Shown: positions 9,484 to 18,659 of the stretch, piece after piece | How positions within the stretch are numbered: the stretch's first letter is position 1 | How the letters are laid out: the number at the start of each line of letters is the position of its first letter | Assembly: GCA_965116885.1 (NCBI GenBank) | Contig: OZ220741.1 | Location: 1,664,001 to 1,728,000, forward strand | DNA: 64,000 nt | Direction of reading: 5' to 3' | Origin: Candidatus Latescibacterota bacterium | GTDB lineage: Bacteria > Latescibacterota > UBA2968 | Notes under the pieces: generated by a model | Database searches by the model: none | Told to the model about the DNA's origin: nothing | The model's input: the letters and a program-made list of their open reading frames with translations, nothing else | Program-made: the position numbers and the translations under genes

Positions 9484-11883
9484 TCACGCTATTCGCCTAA
9501 TTTCTCCACGGCCAATGGTGTGCGTTTTGTCTTCTCCTGCGATTTTCACTTTTGCATGTTCGGAGCTGGAGACATAAAGTGCCCCGTCGGGTATGGCGTC
9601 TATCCGGGCGTCGCCTTCTATGTTCAGTATTTGGGTAGCGCGGAGCAGGCAGGCAGATTCGCCGCCGATGGGGATGCAGTATAGCACGCGGTCTCCGCGT
9701 GTTTCGAGGATGGCGCCGGGAAAGACTGGCAGTTGTTCGGTTCTGTTTGCGGTGAAAGTACATATTTGTTGTGTGGTGCCGAAGTTTGCGGCGGCGAGAT
9801 ATCCTTCGGCTATCAAGCCAATGCTGTTTTCTGATGCGATCAGAATGTCGAAGGGGGTACCGGGTGTGTCGGCGGCGGTTTGTTCGGGGATTAACAGGGC
9901 TGTTAAGCGGCCCGCTTCTTCGCCCGCACGAAGGGGTTTTTCGCCTGTTAGTCGGGACAGTGTGAGGTCGTCGGCTATGGCGCGGTAGGGGTTGAAGTAG
10001 TGCCGGTTGTGATAGACTGTGTCGCCATTCCCGGTAAAGTGTATGCCCAGGCGGTTGTCTATGTTGAGATAGGGGGGATGGCCCAGGTTGTCGATTATGT
10101 CGTCTGCTTCGGTTTCGCCGTGCCAGCCCGCGTACCGGGTTTCGCCGTTGGGGTGATATAGCGCGCGTTCTCCGCGGCAGTTGGGAGCCATGTGTGAGAA
10201 GTGTTCGTTGGTGATGCGCAAAAATCCCTGGTTGAGTTCTTCCAGTACGAGGTCTTCCCGGGCGGTGAATTTTTCAAAAGATAGGATGCGGCCATCTGGC
10301 AGGCTGGCAAAGAGTACGTGTTGCCGCAGGGATTCCTGGCAGCGGTCTATTATTAGGGCTGCTGCAAAGCTGTCGTCGTATTCGGCAACGCGCACGGTTT
10401 TGAGGCGGTGGCTGTCGGGGCGGTTTTGTACGATGGGTGTGCCGAGCCAGGTGTCTGAACAGGGGGCGATGGTGTAGATGCCTTCTCGCGTCAGGGGCAG
10501 GGCCATGATGGAGTTGCGCCAGGCAAATGAGGTCTGTCCGTGCGGGTGTCTGTGGTGTACAAATCCCGCGTGGGGGAAGTGGCGTACGCCCGAGAGGCGC
10601 GATTCCATTTCTGCGGTGGGTGAGGGGGATGGCCCTGATCCAAAGAGGCGATGGAATAGATACAGACTGGCGGCGCCCGAGATTGAGACTTCGCGCATGA
10701 TCATGGGGTCTTGCTGATCGTGGGCTTTCAGGGCGAGGTCCTGATCGTACATCCGTCCCCCATTTCCGCGCTGACGTAGTTCGGCATGTTCCAGTCCCAG
10801 GTGTTCCAGGGCTGCGGCGTCCGCGTCGTCGAAGAATACGGCGGCAATCGCGTGCGCGGAAATGGTTGCGAATATGTTTAGATAATGCCAGTCCATTCCC
10901 TGAACAGCCTGGGCATATCCGCCGCCGTCGGTGAGTGCTTTCAGGTTTTCGTACACGCGCTGTTTGTTCCAGAAGAGTTCTGGCGGCAACTCGCGGCCCC
11001 AGAGTTGATGCAGACAGCCTACGCTCATCAGGGGAGAGAGGCCCGAAGCCGTGTAGCTGGGGTGGACCATGCCGTGGTTTTCCGCGAGGTAATCGGGTAG
11101 GGCAGTAAAGATTTTTGCGGTCAGGGTTCGCGCGGTTTCACTACCTACGAGGCCGAGGTCTTTGGTGTCTTGCGGCGCGGCGCAGGTGGAGAACATCCAT
11201 CTGCGGGCGGTTGCTTCCCATATTGCGGCGTCCGCGTGTTCGGATAGGAAGAGGAAGCAAGAGGTGAGCCCGTGAGAGGTCCAGGCATTTTCTTCCATCT
11301 GTGTGTCTGTATAGACGCCGCTTTTGGGTGCCATGTTGCCGAACCGCGCGGCGTAGTCTTCATGTACGCGGGCGACCATCATCCATGTTTCTTCATCGAT
11401 CCATTCCCGCAGTAGCAAGCAGACGTGCGCGAGGCCAGCGACGGTGCTTCCGCACTGGCTTTCGCGGAAGAAGCCTTTGCCCCGTTCACCCCATTTGGTG
11501 CCGCAGTTTTCCGAGCGGCCCAGTCCTTCTTGTGGACGCACGCAGTCCTCGGGACCGGAGTCGTGCGTGAAACAGAGGTAGCGCACGCCTTTGATCGCCA
11601 TTTCCCGCAGGGCGTCGCGGGATACGCCCGTGGATGTCTCGTCGTATTCTGGCGACGTACTGGCGTAGGCAAAGGTTTCGGCACAACTGATGGTTTCGAT
11701 TCCGTACCAGTGACATCCGCCAAAGAAATGCCCGCAGTTGGGGCGGTCGGGCCAGTCGGCAAAGTACGCGATGCCCGTTGGAATCCACTGTTCGATCATC
11801 CGAAGATAACGGCGACTCATTTCGTTTTCAGTGTCGGGAAGGTGCGGATGCTGCAGGTCTGTGGTGTCGGTCATGCGTGCCAT
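9484..11883 (-). CDS. Hypothetical 799-aa cytoplasmic protein, possibly polysaccharide-lyase-like (alpha-toroid plus beta-sandwich)
   Basis: Long ORF with AGGAG RBS; TQMEENAW, ENHGMVHPSY, QGMDW motifs; helical N-half and beta-rich C-half; next to heparinase-like gene. Confidence 0.6.
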   Translation of the reverse strand: MARMTDTTDLQHPHLPDTENEMSRRYLRMIEQWIPTGIAYFADWPDRPNCGHFFGGCHWYGIETISCAETFAYASTSPEYDETSTGVSRDALREMAIKGVRYLCFTHDSGPEDCVRPQEGLGRSENCGTKWGERGKGFFRESQCGSTVAGLAHVCLLLREWIDEETWMMVARVHEDYAARFGNMAPKSGVYTDTQMEENAWTSHGLTSCFLFLSEHADAAIWEATARRWMFSTCAAPQDTKDLGLVGSETARTLTAKIFTALPDYLAENHGMVHPSYTASGLSPLMSVGCLHQLWGRELPPELFWNKQRVYENLKALTDGGGYAQAVQGMDWHYLNIFATISAHAIAAVFFDDADAAALEHLGLEHAELRQRGNGGRMYDQDLALKAHDQQDPMIMREVSISGAASLYLFHRLFGSGPSPSPTAEMESRLSGVRHFPHAGFVHHRHPHGQTSFAWRNSIMALPLTREGIYTIAPCSDTWLGTPIVQNRPDSHRLKTVRVAEYDDSFAAALIIDRCQESLRQHVLFASLPDGRILSFEKFTAREDLVLEELNQGFLRITNEHFSHMAPNCRGERALYHPNGETRYAGWHGETEADDIIDNLGHPPYLNIDNRLGIHFTGNGDTVYHNRHYFNPYRAIADDLTLSRLTGEKPLRAGEEAGRLTALLIPEQTAADTPGTPFDILIASENSIGLIAEGYLAAANFGTTQQICTFTANRTEQLPVFPGAILETRGDRVLYCIPIGGESACLLRATQILNIEGDARIDAIPDGALYVSSSEHAKVKIAGEDKTHTIGRGEIRRIA

Positions 11884-11913
11884 TTTTGTTCTCCTAAAAA
11901 AAAGCGATCAGCT

Positions 11914-11943
11914 GTAGGGGACGGCCCCTGTGCCGTCCCGCCC
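11914..11943 (+). repeat. GTAG-family REP palindrome
   Basis: GTAGGGGACGGCCCCTGTGCCGTCCCGCCC. Confidence 0.7.
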
Positions 11944-12005
11944 GTCATCGCGGCATTGTTTTAGCCGCGATCCAGAAGTTTTTTGTCATTGATGAGAGGG
12001 TACTT

Positions 12006-15000
12006 TCACCCCTTCACCCACTGATAATCAACGCTCGCATACACGGTCTCGATTTCGCCATTGACTATGCGAAGGTGTACGGCGTTTTGTATTTCGCACG
12101 GGTCGCCTGTGGAAATATCATAAACAAAGCCTTTTTGGTAATCCTCGCGGGATACGAGGCCGCGGATGAAGGAGGTGTCGCCTACTTCTACGCGTACTTT
12201 ATTTTTTTCTAAAGGCACGATGTCGGAGATGGTGTAACAGGCGTCTCGGATTCCGTCGTTTAAGACCCGAAGTTGTGTGCCTATTAGCCGTTTGTTCGGG
12301 GGGAGGTCGCCTTCTATTTTGATCCAGGCGGGTCCTGTTTCTTCGCGGTGAAAGTCCGTTACGGTGCCGCGGTGAGTTGGGTTGCTGATCTGCAGGGTTC
12401 CAGCGGTGGTATTCACCCGGGTTCCGCCGACTAAAAAGATGGATGTTTGTTTGTTGTCCTGGGATATGATTGCAAATCGTGCCGCGGCCGAGATGTTTTC
12501 GCCCAGGTTGAATACGCGGTTTGGGTCGTCTGATGACAGGATGTGATCTGTTCGACCTGTTGTGGTTGTTACCTTTATAGCCGCTGCTGTTAAGTCGCGT
12601 TCTTCCAATCCGAGGTCAATGCGGGTGGCGTCTGCTATATGAGGTTGGCTCTCGCGGTAAGGTTCTATGATGGAGGCAAAGAGGCTTTGCTCTGTACCGG
12701 TGTTGTGTAATAGTACGTAGCGGATGCGCCGGGGGTTGCCTGGTTTGTTTTGCGGGGGATCGCCCCAGGCCAGAGCCGCGGTTTCTACGTCGGACAATAC
12801 GCGGTAGCGCAGGTGCAGCGGGGTTTCTTCGTGCTGGGTTTTCCAGGTATCTATGAGTTTCCAGTCTGCCCACCATCCGGCTGCGGGCTTTGCGGCGCGG
12901 TGAACGCCGTAGAGGTAGGCAAAGCCACTGCCGCGGTAGCGTCCGTCGGGTGGTCCGTCGTAGTGGGTTCCAAAGGGGATGGTTTCGCCCGCGTATGTTC
13001 CCTTTTTCTGTGGGGTGAGGTCGATTCCATGTGCGTTTACGTCGCCTTCTCCGGCGTGGAAGCTCATGACGTGGTCATTTCCGCCATGTACGCGGAAAAA
13101 ATCGACGAGATAGGATTCTGTGGGCGATACGTCGATCATTGCAAGAGTGCGCCGATAGTCCTGTACACCGGGATATACTTCGGGGGATGCGATTTCGACG
13201 ACGCCTATGCCCTGCGAGGCGGCAAAATATTGGCAGTGTCCAATCCAGTTCACTTCCTGTTGCTGCTGGTTTACCGTTACTGTGTTGTGCGAGATGGTAT
13301 TTGTTGTCCAGCCCGCTCGTTTGGGCCATTTGCTGTCGGCGTATTCGGGGTATCCCAGGTCGGGCAGTACGTCCATTCCGCGGTAGTACATTCCAAAGTT
13401 CAACCGGTCTTTGTGACCGTGTCCACCGTTGCGTCCGTAATATAACCAGGCCGCCCGCTGGTCTTCTCCTTTGCCATGCCGAAATACGGTCAGTCCGTAT
13501 CCGTTCAGGTTTTCGCTTTTGAGTTCTAATTCGCCTTGTTGTTTTACGATTTCGAGGACGGTTTTCTGGATTGCTTCGGGGTCGGCGTCGCAGATGGAGG
13601 TGTGCAGTCCGTCGGTGCGGTTTCCGTTGAGTTTGTACGCGAGGCGCGCGAGGTCGGGGTCACCAAGCCGGGCAAAGGCGCTGATGACTGTTTCGAGATC
13701 TACACTTACCATGCCTTCGCCTCCGGTGTTGCCGGTGTCGCCGATGTGAGGGGTGTAGCGGTCCAGTGCAGTGAGGCGATAGGGCGCGCTGTACATGCGC
13801 TTGAGGCGGGGATAGTCGCGGTATAGATCGAAATCTCGATATTTGCGACACCGATCCAGTATCCAGGCACAGCGGGCAAATGCGTTCATCCAGCCGAAGC
13901 AATAGCCGGGGGCTGCTTCGTTGCCAACGCCGTCTCGATCCACTTCTCCGATCAGGGTTGCCGGGATGTGTCCCCCACCAGTGCCCCGGGATTCTCCGGG
14001 TTCAAAGAGCCAGTCGAGTGCTTCGGGCGTTTCCTGTGGGTCGTCCAGTACTGCCGCGACTGTGGCCATGGCGGTTTGGGTCATGCCTTCGTTGCCGCGG
14101 ATGCGTCTGTCTCGACAGGAGCGTATGAATTCTCGGAGGAGTCCGCGTTCGATGTTTTCGCGGATGTGGGCGATGCTCGTTTTGGGTTGTGTGATTTGCC
14201 ATTTTTCCGCTTGTGCGGATAGGAATTTGATCAGGTCCTGGTCGTTTTCTATGCCTTCGGAGATCATGTCGCAGGATAGGGATAGGGTTTCTGCCATGCC
14301 GTTTTCCCATATACAGCCTTTGATGCGGCCCATGCCCGTGCCGCCGTGGGAGTTGTAGAGGCCCAGGTCCGAATAAGGGGTTAAGTCCATGTTGGGATAT
14401 ACGTCTGCAATGCGGTCGAGGATGACGGCTCCTTTGTGGGCATAGGCGGTGTCGCCCGTGTAGAGATACGCTTTGCCCAGGGCGAGTGCCGCTGCTGGCA
14501 ATTCGGTCCATGTGCAATAATGGCTGTAGTAGGCGATGAACCACCAGCGGTTTCCCGATTCGTCGATCCAGCCCATGCCGTCATCTACTGCGAATTGGGG
14601 ATCATTGGGGTGTTCGGCGTTGTATAGCAGGGATTCATCGGCGAGTTTGCGGTCGAAGACGCCTCCGGATCCCAGACCGCTTTTGTAAAATGCCTCAAAG
14701 TCGTTTTTGGGCCAGATTTCTCCGCACGACGGACATTCGAGTTTATAGGGGCGGTGCAGCGATACTTTCCAGGGGTAGTTGCCGAATGCATAGACGTCTC
14801 GGCCGCATTCGGGACAGCCGAGGTCGGGATTGACGTGGATGCCGCGGGGAATGGATTGTCCGGTGATCAGGTCCCAGATTTCTTCATCACTTCGCGCCAT
14901 ATAGGGCGCGCATGTTTCGATTGCGGTATCTCGCTCGGCTTTTGCCCAGGCGTAGCGTTGGATATTTCGCCGGGCATTGTTTATTTCTTTGGGGGTGTAT

Positions 15001-15008
15001 AGTCTCAT
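12006..15008 (-). CDS. Heparinase II/III-family lyase-like protein
   Basis: GHGHKDRLNFG..DVLPDLGYP..TISHNTVTVN and YLVDFFRVHGG motifs; PHIGDTG; N-terminal CPECG/CPSCG pair; no signal peptide. Confidence 0.8.
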   Translation of the reverse strand: MRLYTPKEINNARRNIQRYAWAKAERDTAIETCAPYMARSDEEIWDLITGQSIPRGIHVNPDLGCPECGRDVYAFGNYPWKVSLHRPYKLECPSCGEIWPKNDFEAFYKSGLGSGGVFDRKLADESLLYNAEHPNDPQFAVDDGMGWIDESGNRWWFIAYYSHYCTWTELPAAALALGKAYLYTGDTAYAHKGAVILDRIADVYPNMDLTPYSDLGLYNSHGGTGMGRIKGCIWENGMAETLSLSCDMISEGIENDQDLIKFLSAQAEKWQITQPKTSIAHIRENIERGLLREFIRSCRDRRIRGNEGMTQTAMATVAAVLDDPQETPEALDWLFEPGESRGTGGGHIPATLIGEVDRDGVGNEAAPGYCFGWMNAFARCAWILDRCRKYRDFDLYRDYPRLKRMYSAPYRLTALDRYTPHIGDTGNTGGEGMVSVDLETVISAFARLGDPDLARLAYKLNGNRTDGLHTSICDADPEAIQKTVLEIVKQQGELELKSENLNGYGLTVFRHGKGEDQRAAWLYYGRNGGHGHKDRLNFGMYYRGMDVLPDLGYPEYADSKWPKRAGWTTNTISHNTVTVNQQQQEVNWIGHCQYFAASQGIGVVEIASPEVYPGVQDYRRTLAMIDVSPTESYLVDFFRVHGGNDHVMSFHAGEGDVNAHGIDLTPQKKGTYAGETIPFGTHYDGPPDGRYRGSGFAYLYGVHRAAKPAAGWWADWKLIDTWKTQHEETPLHLRYRVLSDVETAALAWGDPPQNKPGNPRRIRYVLLHNTGTEQSLFASIIEPYRESQPHIADATRIDLGLEERDLTAAAIKVTTTTGRTDHILSSDDPNRVFNLGENISAAARFAIISQDNKQTSIFLVGGTRVNTTAGTLQISNPTHRGTVTDFHREETGPAWIKIEGDLPPNKRLIGTQLRVLNDGIRDACYTISDIVPLEKNKVRVEVGDTSFIRGLVSREDYQKGFVYDISTGDPCEIQNAVHLRIVNGEIETVYASVDYQWVKG

Positions 15009-15019
15009 CGCGATTCTCC

Positions 15020-16516
15020 TTATGGCGTGTCAAAGGCTTGTACGAAGATCAAGAAGTCGCCAAATCCCACTTTTCCGTCCAGGTCCAGGTCAAAGGGAGC
15101 GAATACAGTCGCGTATTCGCCTACGATTTTTCCATAGGCATTGGCGAATAGGAGAAAGTCTTCGAACCCTATTGTTCCGTTGCCGTCAAAGTCTGCGCTG
15201 CGGGAGGTGCTGGCTTTGAGAAAAAGCCGTCGAATAGTTTTGAAGATTTCGTCGTCGGGTGCTTTGGGCAGGGCGTAGGTTACGACGCCTTCACAAAAGC
15301 CCTGTCGCCTTTGTATCAGTGCCATTTTCACTTTGTCGCGGATGCGCTCGGCTGTGCCGGGTTCGCCGTTCCTTTTTACAAATTGGTATCGGGTTGCCGC
15401 TATCATGACGATCAGTGGTATGCGATACCTGCCCGCACCCTGATAGGCAGGTTCAAAGTTTACGGTCCAGCGTCCTTTAACTGTTTGTTGCCAGTTTTCT
15501 TCTGGTACGAGTCCCTGTGCAACGGGTTCCTGTATTTCTACAAGGACGGGAAAGTTGGATACGCGCTTGCGGTCATATACGCGAATGGTCAGGGTTATAT
15601 GTGTTTTCTGGTTTACCAGTGGGGCGAGGTTTAATTCTTCTGTTTGCCAGGCTTTTTCGCCGCCAGCCACGTCTTCTTCCCACGCGATCTGGTCATCTAT
15701 GAGCAATTGTTTGAAATGGTAGCCCGCTGTTGGTCCTTCATAGCTGTCTTGTTGCGTCAATCGAAGTGTATAGTGCTCGGCGTTGGGCAGTACGCGAAAT
15801 TGCCTCTGGAGACTTGCGGCGTCGCCTATTGCCGAGCGGGTGCGTTGGGGATAGAAGAATTGCCATCTCGCGGGTGTGTCTCGCTGGTCGTTGAGCAATT
15901 GCCATGTCCGTTGTACGGTTTGCGCGGTTTTGGGATAAGCCGCGACGACGCCGTCGATTGCATCCCCATAGTTTGCGACAAATGCCCGGTCCATTTCGGG
16001 GTAATACATCAGGGGCCAGAATTCCATGTTGGGGTTGATGGCCCGCGCTGTTTGGCGCATGGTGGATACATAGGCGGGGGTATATAGGTTTCGGTTGGCC
16101 CAGAAGTCGTCGATTACAAATGCTTTCAAGTTGGGATGGGCGAGTGATAATAGCGCGATTTCTTCTGCCCAGCGTATGTAATTTAGACGAAATGGTTCGG
16201 AATATCGCGTGCCGTAAATCGGGGGACTTTCTGTAGGCGGTACGAGATAGACCCAGGTGTCAATGCCCGCTTTTTGCGCTGCGGGCAAAAATAGTTTCAG
16301 GTCTTCCCAATCGGTTTCTCTGTGCCAGATGAGAAAGAAGTAGGTGTTGACGCGGAGTTCAGTCAAGCGGCGTATGAGTACGGGTATATCTACGCGACCG
16401 TCGCTTTCTCTTACTTCCGCGTTGTAATCGGCGATTACAGGCGGCGGGTTCGCATGCAGAGGCCCCGCGGTGAATACCAGTAGTATCCAGATCAGAACTT
16501 TCAATTTGTGAGTCAT
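15020..16516 (-). CDS. Secreted glycoside-hydrolase-like protein with inserted beta-sandwich and C-terminal dockerin/EF-hand pair
   Basis: Signal peptide LHA-N; TIM-barrel-like NTYFFLIW, AFVIDDF, IDGVVAAY; C-terminal DFDGNGTIGFEDF and DLDLDGKVGFGDF. Confidence 0.65.
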   Translation of the reverse strand: MTHKLKVLIWILLVFTAGPLHANPPPVIADYNAEVRESDGRVDIPVLIRRLTELRVNTYFFLIWHRETDWEDLKLFLPAAQKAGIDTWVYLVPPTESPPIYGTRYSEPFRLNYIRWAEEIALLSLAHPNLKAFVIDDFWANRNLYTPAYVSTMRQTARAINPNMEFWPLMYYPEMDRAFVANYGDAIDGVVAAYPKTAQTVQRTWQLLNDQRDTPARWQFFYPQRTRSAIGDAASLQRQFRVLPNAEHYTLRLTQQDSYEGPTAGYHFKQLLIDDQIAWEEDVAGGEKAWQTEELNLAPLVNQKTHITLTIRVYDRKRVSNFPVLVEIQEPVAQGLVPEENWQQTVKGRWTVNFEPAYQGAGRYRIPLIVMIAATRYQFVKRNGEPGTAERIRDKVKMALIQRRQGFCEGVVTYALPKAPDDEIFKTIRRLFLKASTSRSADFDGNGTIGFEDFLLFANAYGKIVGEYATVFAPFDLDLDGKVGFGDFLIFVQAFDTP

Positions 16517-16669
16517 TTAAAAATGTCTTTGCGATAAATTTTTATGGCTTGTTGCCGCTATGTGTGACTATATTAGCCCAACCCAAATGCAAAGTTACAA
16601 GACATATTTCCAAATTCAAGAAAATTTGGGCTTGCTTTAAATGCGAAAAGCCCATTCTTCGAAAATACT

Positions 16670-18658
16670 ATGGCCCTTCCCGAATCCCTGTCTCCCACAT
16701 CTGAAGATGCCCAACGAAGAGCGGCGCGCATTACGCCTCGCAGTGTCGCGTTGGGGCTTCTGATTTCTTGTCTGGCGAGTGCATGGGTGACGTATTCCCG
16801 CACGGCTGCAAATACTTCCGCGGTTAATATTACGCATCTTCCGGTTTCCATTTTTGCGATTTTTTTGTGCGTTTTTATTGTCAATACACTTCTGAAGATT
16901 CGGTTCGACAGGCAGGGTCTGGCTTCTCGTGAACTGGCTGTTATTTTCGCGATGGGGCTGATTGGTGCGATTATTCCCGCGCGTGGGTTGACCGGTGTCT
17001 GGCTGGGGCTGATGGCCGCGCCTTATTATCTGGCTACGCCGGAGAATGGGTGGATTGACAATGTTCAGCCCTTTCTTCCGCCTTATCTCTTTCCTTCCAA
17101 TGATCACCAGCAGACGACGTTTTTGTACGAGGGTCTGCCATCTGGGGTGCCCATTCCGTGGGAGGTGTGGGTCGGTCCGATTTTCTGGTGGGTTACGCTG
17201 ATTTTGGCCGGGTTTGCGGTGTGTTTTTGTATTGTGGTTATTCTTCGCAAGCAATGGGTTGAGAGCGAGCGCCTGGATTATCCTTTGCTCGCACCGATTC
17301 TCGAGATGGTTGCGGAGACGCGCGATTCTTCGGGGCGGAGTGGCTGGCCGATTCTTTTTAGGGGGTATCTCTTCTGGATTGGTTTTGGGCTGGCGTTTGG
17401 GATTATCGGGTGGAATATTATTACTTATTTTTATACGACGGTTCCCCGCATTAGCATGAGTCCGAATGCGGGGCTTTTTTATTTTGCGCGCCTTTTTCCG
17501 CCGTTGCTGACTCATATTAATACTTATACGATTGGCTTTGGATATTTTGTGAATCTGGAAATTCTTTTTTCGATCTGGTTTTTCCACTTTTTGTTGATGG
17601 GCGAGATTGCGCTTATCCGGAAGACGGGCTTTCAGTTTGGGCGCATGCACCAGAAGGGCGGTGGGTGGGGCGATCCTCTGGTGCAGTGGCAGTGCATGGG
17701 CGCGCTTTTTGTGTTTGTGGCATGGGGGCTGTGGACAGCGCGGCGGCATTTGAAGGCGGTTTTTCGGAAGGCGTGGAATGATGATCCCGATGTGGATGAT
17801 GCGGATGAGCTTCTTTCCTATCGCACGGCTGTGAGTGGCTTGGTTGTCGGCGTCGCCTATATCGTGGCGTGGCTTTTGAAGGCGGGGGTTGCGCCGGGGC
17901 TTTTGATGATTACGATACCGGCGGCGATTGTTATTTATATCGCTCTTGCCCGTTTTGTGTGCGAGTCGGGCACGCTGTATCTGGGTATTCCCACGACGCC
18001 TCTCAATATGGGTTTTCAACTGATCGGTACGGTTACGATTGATCCGAGGACGATTGCCGTGGGTTCTACTGCCCACGCGTTGCGCTGGATGCTGTTTATG
18101 CCAGCGCTGTCGCAGTGTGCCAAAGTTTTTGACCGCGTGCCGGGGAATAAGCGCGCGCTTTTTTGGGTGTTGCTTTTGGGGTTGGGCGGCGCGCTGGTGG
18201 TCAATATTTCGATGGTGCTCTATCTGGGCTATACACACGGGGCGTACAATTTTACGGAGTATCCGTTTACCCGGTACGCGCCCCGGCTGTACGATGCGAT
18301 TGTTACGAAAATCAAATCGCCCGAGCCGGCTTCCTGGGAGCGGGTGGTGCTGTTCGGCTTTGGGGGGCTCATTTTTGCGATTCTCACTGCGCTTCGGTAT
18401 CGTCTGCCCTGGTGGCCCATCCATCCCGTGGGTTTTATTATTACGACGACGAGTATTCTCCACGAGATTACGTCGCTTATTATCGTCTGGCTGTTCAAAG
18501 CTATTGTGATCCGGGTGGGCGGTGTGTCCCTTTACGAAAAATACCGTCCGCTCTTTTTCGGGATTATTGCGGGGAGGGCGACAGGGGTGCTCGTTTCATT
18601 TGTTGTCGATTTGATCTGGTTTCCCGGTGGGGGGCACGGGGTACACGGTTGGGCATGA
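16670..18658 (+). CDS. DUF6785/DUF6784-like multi-pass membrane protein (putative OPT-related transporter)
   Basis: Very hydrophobic; ILRKQWVESERLDYPL, EILFSIWFF, LPWWPIHPVGF, YEKYRPLFFGIIAG motifs. Confidence 0.75.
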   Translation: MALPESLSPTSEDAQRRAARITPRSVALGLLISCLASAWVTYSRTAANTSAVNITHLPVSIFAIFLCVFIVNTLLKIRFDRQGLASRELAVIFAMGLIGAIIPARGLTGVWLGLMAAPYYLATPENGWIDNVQPFLPPYLFPSNDHQQTTFLYEGLPSGVPIPWEVWVGPIFWWVTLILAGFAVCFCIVVILRKQWVESERLDYPLLAPILEMVAETRDSSGRSGWPILFRGYLFWIGFGLAFGIIGWNIITYFYTTVPRISMSPNAGLFYFARLFPPLLTHINTYTIGFGYFVNLEILFSIWFFHFLLMGEIALIRKTGFQFGRMHQKGGGWGDPLVQWQCMGALFVFVAWGLWTARRHLKAVFRKAWNDDPDVDDADELLSYRTAVSGLVVGVAYIVAWLLKAGVAPGLLMITIPAAIVIYIALARFVCESGTLYLGIPTTPLNMGFQLIGTVTIDPRTIAVGSTAHALRWMLFMPALSQCAKVFDRVPGNKRALFWVLLLGLGGALVVNISMVLYLGYTHGAYNFTEYPFTRYAPRLYDAIVTKIKSPEPASWERVVLFGFGGLIFAILTALRYRLPWWPIHPVGFIITTTSILHEITSLIIVWLFKAIVIRVGGVSLYEKYRPLFFGIIAGRATGVLVSFVVDLIWFPGGGHGVHGWA

Positions 18659-18659
18659 T

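Noticed and set aside
16637..18463. 608-aa minus-strand Arg/Lys/Asn-rich ORF
   Set aside because: Antisense to a T/G-rich membrane-protein gene, which explains its composition.
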